Positions 55,893 through 64,000 of a DNA stretch of 64,000 bases are shown in pieces (position 1 is the first letter of the stretch; each line of letters starts with the position of its first letter). The notes beneath the pieces are model-generated. The model was not told the origin of the DNA, made no database searches, and worked only from the letters and a program-made list of their open reading frames with translations. This DNA comes from Macrostomum hystrix (Eukaryota; Animalia; Platyhelminthes). The stretch covers positions 5,270,001 to 5,334,000 of the forward strand of contig CATNEN010000002.1 in the NCBI GenBank assembly GCA_950097015.1. Direction: 5' to 3'. Both the position numbers and the translations under genes were made by a program.

Positions 55893-56664
55893 AAATACTA
55901 TTCTCTCCCATCAGTATAACAAATTATATTTGCGTTCTTCAAGCGTTCTCTAAATAGTTTGTTTTTGTTTATCGCTCAAGGAAAATGTCTATAACGCCAT
56001 ATCATATCTGTGAGCACAGGAAACGATAAAATAGTTAACTCACCTTGAAGAGGCCACTGAAGCTATTCTTCAATAGACTAGACGTCTTCGGGACAACATC
56101 TGCCGCATTGTTCTAACACCCAAACAGCTGAATCCCTAAAATATCCCCTCTAGGTGCCGCCCGTCGCTTCCTAAAATAATCCCCCTCATTCTCGGCTATC
56201 TCCCGTCTCACCTGTCTTCAGAATTTGAGCACAGGTCAATCATCGACAGAAAAATGATGACGGCCCCCAGATAAGAGCTGAGGCGCCTTCACCCGAGTCT
56301 CTCCTCTGCTTTGGCTGGGGAGACATGAAAAATTCAAGAACCCCAGAGAAGAAGGGATAGTGCAAATCGATAATGACGACTTGTGAAAAAATAGAGCATG
56401 AACCCGATTGCAGTCTCGAGGGTGCCTGGTGTCCCGGACCCAACATTTGCTAAATGATTTATGACATATTCGTCCTGCCATGTCAATCTTTCAATCTTCT
56501 TTAAGGTTTTCTGCTGCTTCATCTGCTTCTGCTTTCGTTATGATTTTTTCTGAAAGCCAATCACCTCATCATTCTTCTAGTTTGGACATCTCGGCTAAGC
56601 GTCATCAATTATGTTGCAGCAGCAGCAGCTTTGAAGTCTTATCTCATTTCTAATTTTCGAAAAT

Positions 56665-57145
56665 AGGTGAGAGAGTGAATTGGTGAGAGAGTGAATAGGT
56701 GAGAGAGTGAATTGGTGAGAGAGTGAATGGGTGAAAGAGTGAATAGGTGAGAGAGTGAATAGGTGAGAGAGTGAATTGGTGAGAGAGTGAATAGGTGAGA
56801 GAGTGAATAGGTGAGAGAGTGAATAGGTGAGAGAGTGAATTGGTGAAAGAGTGAATAGGTGACAGAGTGAATTGGTGACAGAGTAAATAGGTGAGAGAGT
56901 GAATCGGTGACAGAGTAAATAGGTGAGAGAGTGAATTGGTGAGAGAGTGAATCGGTGAGAGAGTGAATTGGTGAGAGAGTGAATCGGTGAGAGAGTGAAT
57001 CGGTGAGAGAGTAAATCGGTGAGAGAGTGAATCGGTGACAGAGTAAATAGGTGAGAGAGTGAATTGGTGAGAGAGTGAATCGGTGAGAGAGTGAATCGGT
57101 GAGAGAGTGAATCGGTGAGAGAGTGAATAGGTGAGAGAGTGAATT
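56665..57145. repeat. 16-nt minisatellite (GTGAGAGAGTGAAT(A/T/C)G)
   Basis: Visible tandem units. Confidence 0.88.
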
Positions 57146-58129
57146 GGAGATGAATATGTGAGTGTTAACGTGAGATTAAATTCTCCCAGTAAATAGTTGC
57201 GAGAGAAGTTACTGCTGCAGAAGTTCGTCAAGAATTTAGGACATTCATAAGTCACAAGAGTCCAGATCAAAACACTTTTAAGTACGAGTGACATGAACTC
57301 TGTGCATTAAATATTTAGACAGTCTCTGATTGCCTACTCTGTGCCAGGACTTTCCAGGAGATGCCTTGATCTTCTCAAAGGCATTGATGTGGTTTCATCT
57401 AAGCTGACAATTCTTTTAGGAGCAGACCACTGCATGGTTGAGCAGTCAGAAAGAGCAGAAATTTATCGGGCAAGCAGCCAAACTTACAGAATTCAAAAAG
57501 AATTCTTCTCAAACGTGCTTCACTTCAGACTGCCGGCCCCGAGGGTTCACAGCCGAGAGATCGATATTTGATACAGACGAGAAAACTTGCATGACCTTTG
57601 CTGGCAGAATAGACACAAAAGATAATTTAGCTCTCGGAAATGATTTCTAATGCAGCCCGACTGCCAGTTTGGGATTTTAGAATGGTCTGCCTTGACAACT
57701 GTCAGCTACTCAGCTACACAAAACTTATTGTTGCTCCAATAATTCGGCTAACCTTCTGTGAGTTCAGTTTGTATTATGACCATGCTCTCTTTAGTCTGAA
57801 ATACAACAGCAAATCACTAATATAATTCTAACAAACTAAATCAGCCCTTTCAGAGGTTTGAGTGACATTGCTTAGGGCAGCCATGTTCTTAATTCTAGTT
57901 GCCATAAAATTATAACAAAAGCAACTGTTTGTGGGTGAGCAGATTGCACTAAATCTGTTTAAGTACAGGCTTTGTATAAGAGTGAAACAAAGTCAGGTAT
58001 ACTGCAAAATATTGACAAATTGTGTCCCATGCAAAAAGCGACTGGTAATATATGGTCTGTACTGTCTGATTTTTAATTACCGCTCATTCGAATAACAGAG
58101 CAATATCTTAATTCTTCAAATATTTGATA

Positions 58130-61100
58130 GGACATCACACCAAAGAGTCCACATGGCTGATAGGACATCACACCAAAGAGTCCACCTGGTTGATAGGACA
58201 TCACACCAGGGAGTCCACATAGAACATCACAATAAAGAGTCCACCTGGTTGATAGGACATCACATTAAAGAGTCCAAACGGTTGATAGAACGTCACACCA
58301 AAGAGTCCACATGGTTGATAGGACATCACACCAAAGAGTCCAAACGGTTGATAGAACGTCACACCAAAGAGTCCACATGGTTGATAGGACATCACACCAA
58401 AGAGTCCACATGGTTGATAGAACATCACACCAAAGAGTCCAAATGGTTGATAGGACATCACACCAAAAAATCCACATGGTTGATAGAACATCACACCAAA
58501 GAGTCCACATGGTTGATAGAACATCACACCAAAGAGTCCAAATGGTTGATAGAACATCACACCAAAGAGTCCAAATGGTTGATAGGACATCACACCAAAA
58601 AATCCACATGGTTGATAGAACATCACACCAAAGAGTCCACATGGTTGATAGGACATCACACCAAAGAGTCCACATGGTTGATAGAACATCACACCAAAGA
58701 GTCCACATGGTTGATAGGACATCACACCAAAAAATCCACATGGTTGATAGAACATCACACCAAAGAGTCCACATGGTTGATAGGACATCACACCAAAGAG
58801 TCCACATGGTTGATAGAACATCACACCAAAGAGTCCAAATGGTTGATAGAACATCACACCAAAGAGTCCAAATGGTTGATAGGACATCACACCAAAGAGT
58901 CCACATGGTTGATAGGACATCACACCAAAGAGTCCAAATGGTTGATAGGACATCACACTAAAGAATTCAAACGGTTGATAGAACGTCACACCAAAGAGTC
59001 CAAATGGTTGATAGGACATCACACCAAAGAATCCACATGGTTGATAGTACATCACACCAAAGAGTCCAAATGGTTGATAGGACATCACACCAAAGAGTCC
59101 AAATGGTTGATAGGACATCACATCAAAGAGTCCACATGGTTGATAGAACGTCACACCAAAGAGTCCAAATGGTTGATAGAGCATCACACCAAAGAGTCCA
59201 CATGGTTGATAGAACGTCACACCAAAGAGTCCAAATGGTTGATAGAACGTCACACCAAAGAGTCCAAATGGTTGATAGAGCATCACACCAAAGAGTCCAC
59301 ATGGTTGATAGAACGTCACACCAAAGAGTCCAAATGGTTGATAGGACATCACACCAAAGAGTCCACATGGCTGATAGAACATCACACCAAAGAGTCCACA
59401 TGGTTGATAGAACGTCACACCAAAGAGTCCACATGGTTGATAGGACATCACACCAAAGAGTCCACATGGCTGATAGAACGTCACACCAAAGAGTCCACAT
59501 GGCTGATAGAACGTCACACCAAAGAGTCCACATGGTTGATAGAACGTCACACCAAAGAGTCCACATGGCTGATAGAACGTCACACCAAAGAGTCCACATG
59601 GTTGATAGAACGTCACACCAAAGAGTCCACATGGTTGATAGAACGTCACACCAAAGAGTCCACATGGCTGATAGAACGTCACACCAAAGAGTCCACATGG
59701 TTGATAGGACATCACACCAAAGAGTCCACATGGCTGATAGAAACATCACACCAAAGAGTCCACATGGTTGATAGAACGTCACACCAAAGAGTCCACATGG
59801 TTGATAGGACATCACACCAAAGAGTCCACATGGCTGATAGAACGTCACACCAAAGAGTCCACATGGCTGATTGAACATTACACCAAAGAGTCCACATGGC
59901 TGATAGAACATCACACCAAAGAGTCCACATGGTTGATAGAACGTCACACCAAAGAGTCCACATGGTTGATAGAACATCACACCAAAGAGTCCACATGGCT
60001 GATAGAACATCACACCAAAGAGTCCACATGGTTGATAGAACGTCACACCAAAGAGTCCACATGGTTGATAGGACATCACACCAAAGAGTCCACATGGCTG
60101 ATAGAACGTCACACCAAAGAGTCCACATGGCTGATAGAACATCACACCAAAGAGTCCACATGGCTGATAGAACATCACACCAAAGAGTCCACATGGTTGA
60201 TAGAACGTCACACCAAAGAGTCCACATGGTTGATAGAACATCACACCAAAGAGTCCACATGGCTGATAGAACGTCACACCAAAGAGTCCACATGGTTGAT
60301 AGGACATCACACCAAAGAGTCCACATGGCTGATAGAACATCACACCAAAGAGTCCACATGGTTGATAGAACGTTACACCAAAGAGTCCACATGGTTGATA
60401 GGACATCACACCAAAGAGTCCACATGGCTGATAGAACATCACACCAAAGAGTCCACATGGTTGATAGAACGTCACACCAAAGAGTCCACATGGTTGATAG
60501 GACATCACACCAAAGAGTCCACATGGCTGATAGAACGTCACACCAAAGAGTCCACATGGCTGATAGAACATCACACCAAAGAGTCCACATGGCTGATAGA
60601 ACATCACACCAAAGAGTCCACATGGTTGATAGAACGTTACACCAAAGAGTCCACATGGTTGATAGGACATCACACCAAAGAGTCCACATGGCTGATAGGA
60701 CATCACACCAAAGAGTCCACATGGTTGATAGAACGTCACACCAAAGAGTCCACATGGTTGATAGGACATCACACCAAAGAGTCCACATGGCTGATAGAAC
60801 GTCACACCAAAGAGTCCACATGGCTGATAGAACATCACACCAAAGAGTCCACATGGCTGATAGAACATCACACCAAAGAGTCCACATGGTTGATAGAACA
60901 TCACACCAAAGAGTCCACATGGTTGATAGGACATCACACCAAAGAGTCCAAATAGTTGATAGGACATCACATCAAAGAGTCCAAATGGTTGATAGAACAT
61001 CACACCAAAGAGTCCAAATGGTTGATAGAACATCACACCAAAGAGTCCACATGGCTGATAGAACATCACACCAAAGAGTCCACATGGTTGATAGAACGTC

Positions 61101-61420
61101 ACACCAAAGAGTCCACATGGTTGATAGGACATCACACCAAAGAGTCCACATGGCTGATAGAACGTCACACCAAAGAGTCCACATGGCTGATAGAACATCA
61201 CACCAAAGAGTCCACATGGCTGATAGAACATCACACCAAAGAGTCCACATGGTTGATAGAACATCACACCAAAGAGTCCACATGGTTGATAGGACATCAC
61301 ACCAAAGAGTCCAAATAGTTGATAGGACATCACATCAAAGAGTCCAAATGGTTGATAGAACATCACACCAAAGAGTCCAAATGGTTGATAGAACATCACA
61401 CCAAAGAGTCCAAATAGTTA
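58130..61420. repeat. 33-nt minisatellite (CATCACACCAAAGAGTCCACATGGTTGATAGAA)
   Basis: About 3.3 kb of tandem units; a unit length divisible by 3 explains the long repetitive ORFs on both strands. Confidence 0.95.
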
Positions 61421-62052
61421 AGTACAACACTTGGTAGCTCAAAACCTCACTGACACAACGAGTAAGCCGACTAAAAGTACAAGCCGCGGATCCAACTGAC
61501 ACCTGCTGGGACAGAGTCAGACACGAAATATCAATAAATGTACTTTACAAAAGTGCATGCTTGTCAGATCACAGTATGCGGAGGTTGGTACTGGCTGAGG
61601 AACAAGTAATTAAAAATAGAAATTTAAGCACGCAAAAAATTAATTTGTTAGACAACTTATAATAATAATAAGTGAATTTCACAGACATTTTTAAATACCG
61701 AAATTTGAAATTGTTTGGTATATCACTGAACTTCCAAAAATGCTTGAAAAAAAAATTTTGGCTAGCAGACATACGAGTTGTTGAATTTGGGAAGAAATCA
61801 AGGCAGCCAATCAGATCGTTTCCAGGAGTCTGAAATTCTTCGTTTTTTCTCTCTCCCTCTCCACTCAGATCTGCATATTTTGCAAGCTTTTAGCAGACCA
61901 GGCGACATACCGGAAGAACTGAACAAAAACTGCATAGATATTATTTTGCATGTCTACTGTACAGTGTTTGCTAATAATATCGGAATTTAAATACTTACAT
62001 AACTGGACATACTTAAATACTAAGTGAGTATTTAACTTTTGTGACTTTGCCA

Positions 62053-62360
62053 ATAAGAATAAGAATAATATTAATTGATTATACCTGCCCCAAATGCGCC
62101 AGAAATGAAGCCGACAGCTCAGCCGCAGCTATTGCGCGGCGCATCTGAAGGCTGCGTACGGCTGTTCAGTCCATGGACCGGGGGGACGCCACACCTACCC
62201 TCAATCACCCCAGCTGATGCTGGTACCCATTTAAACAGCTGGGTGAACTGAAGCAATACAGAGTTAAGTGTCTTGCTAATCGGCCCAAATAGTTTTAGTG
62301 GTGTCGGAAATCGAACCCTCGACGTTCAAAGTCATGACGCTCTAACCACTAGGCTACAAC
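62053..62360 (-). mobile_element. SINE family A copy
   Basis: Homologous to 8067-8376 (gccgacagctcagccgcagct..gcgcggcgcatctgaaggctgcgtac..cagctgatgctggtacccattt..ctaaccactaggctacaac). Confidence 0.8.
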
Positions 62361-63656
62361 TAAGCAAATATAAGCAATTTTTTGTGCCTTACAAAGCCAC
62401 CGAAAATATCAATAACCGAGTTAGTGTACTCATACTTCAGTCCTTGGCGCTTCTATTTGAAGGTGCTTAACTCAAGATTTAATTCCCAATATGGGAAGAC
62501 TGTTACAAATGAGACTGGACCCCATTCTCTGACACCTAAAGCGGATTTGGGACAGGTTTTGTTTGGGCAGGATTTTCTAGCGATCGAACCACCTTGGATT
62601 AGGGGACAGCAGCGTCTGAATTGGTTAGGAGATTAACACGACAGCCTAGCTCGCTTGCCTGTTAATACCCTTGATCAGGTAGACAATAGGTATGCAGCAT
62701 GTGGCACGTAACATTTCAGTAGAAAAGTAATGCAATGATTTACGAGCGTATTGTCCACCCGGAAGGATACAAGATACTTTCCTAATAGAGCTGCAGTTAT
62801 TTTCAATGCACAACTCCGAACGATACGCAACTCAGGATCATGATTGTAGCTAGCCTCGCAGTGGGCGTTTGGGTATTATCTTTCTGGCTAATTAGATATA
62901 TTCTCTTATGAAGAATGACTTCAAAGCTTCTTTTAATGTTCCGTAATTTTTGTTCTGACGGCCAAAGTTATTTGAGTTCTTTGAGCAGCTGTTTACAGAA
63001 TCTTTGAGCAGAGTCATGGATTCTGACTTAATTTGTACTTTGTAGCGATAAGAAATCAGGATAAATAACTTTGTATCTGCTTTGATAAACATGTAGCTAT
63101 TTTTAGAAGTGCAATGATGAGTCACTGCATTAGCGTTTCTATTTTTAGATTCAGTAAATTTCGCAGAGATAATAAAAATTTACCGCGACAAAAGGCCTAA
63201 CACAAGCCAAGAAAAAATAGAAATCTTCACCTTCATGAGACACAATTAATTTTTTTGGGGAAAAACTGACAAGTGAGTTGCAAATCAATTTCCAGTCTAT
63301 TTTAGACCGGTAATTTACTTAACACGGCTAGTCAAGACAAGAAAGTTTTGCTTCGATTCGTCGCAAGCAGCTGCAAAGTTTTAATTAGAAACAAACAAGA
63401 CACAGCAGTGATTAGCACAGAGGTCCACCCCTAAAATGGATTGAAATTCTTGTCCGTGATGATCAGTAATTATTGGCCACTTTTCGGGCTAGCGAAAAGA
63501 CGGGTTTGACGCATTCCTATCGACTACTGCGTCAGTTTTTGGCTATTTTAAACTCTTTTTTCTGAAGGCTATTTATAAGGCCGTGTTTAAAGTAAAGTCG
63601 GCTCTAACAGAAAATAAATTCATGATGACATTTTAGACAATCAGACGGGCAACAAA

Positions 63657-64000
63657 ATGGAATCTGCGAATCACTCAGACGACGTGGCATTCGGCAAGGT
63701 GTTCATTGTGTACGGCAACTGCTCCAAGCTGCAGACTCCACTGTTCCATCCAGACAATGGCTTCATGCAGGTCACAATGGACAGCCTGTACTTCATCAAG
63801 TGCATCGCTGCCATGGTCGGCCTGATCGTGAACCTGGTCTCCATCCGGGTCTTCATGGCATTCAAGCGACGGAGCTTGTTCATCTCCATGATCTTCTACC
63901 TGAGTGCCTGCGAGGTCTGCTTCAACGGCTCCGGCTTGTCATTCGAGCTCTTCTACCTGCTGGTTGGCAGCACCAATGGTCACCTCATGCCGATCAGCAG
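63657..64000 (+). CDS. Probable rhodopsin-like (class A) GPCR, N-terminus with TM1-TM2; runs off the window end
   Basis: Open from ATG 63657 to the end: MESANHSDDVAFGKVFIVYGNCSK... has N-glycosylation sequons NHS and NCS, TM1 ..IAAMVGLIVNLVSIRVFM, a basic loop KRRS, and TM2 IFYLSACEVCF. Codon usage is GC3-rich like the other genes. It is absent from the ORF track because there is no stop in the window. Confidence 0.6.
   Translation, partial: MESANHSDDVAFGKVFIVYGNCSKLQTPLFHPDNGFMQVTMDSLYFIKCIAAMVGLIVNLVSIRVFMAFKRRSLFISMIFYLSACEVCFNGSGLSFELFYLLVGSTNGHLMPIS

Noticed and set aside
58153-61437. 500-750 aa repetitive ORFs on both strands
   Set aside because: They arise from a 33-nt satellite with no unique N- or C-terminal domain or splice context. 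The same applies to ORFs at 5111-5747, 6389-7518, 27313-28070, 43878-44882 and 56650-57294.

Overview
Eukaryotic (animal) genomic DNA with GT-AG introns, GC-rich exons and many introns largely filled by their own tandem minisatellite; a free-living flatworm such as Macrostomum is my unverified guess. Splice-aware reading gives five genes: the 3' end of a KIAA0319/KIAA0319L-like PKD-domain membrane protein (+, 217-2977); a complete 15-exon REV3L/DNA polymerase zeta catalytic subunit (+, 7660-26469, ~2000 aa); an apparently uncharacterised 43-exon secreted protein (+, 28928-41471, ~1000 aa); SDHA (-, 48552-43319); and the start of a divergent rhodopsin-like GPCR (+, 63657 to window end). The secreted protein has a signal peptide, an acidic pro-region, a WSC domain, 38 phase-1 micro-exons each encoding one cationic VGG..SLPP.(Y/F)R peptide, and a His-rich tail. 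Its basic and Gly-Lys processing-like sites are assembled at the splice junctions; this is the main candidate novel system. The window also holds two tRNA-derived SINE families, a nested hAT-type MITE, a Merlin-like remnant, recurrent TA-CGAGCG-TA transposon excision footprints and about 20 satellites. Nearly all long ORFs in the supplied track are satellite artefacts.
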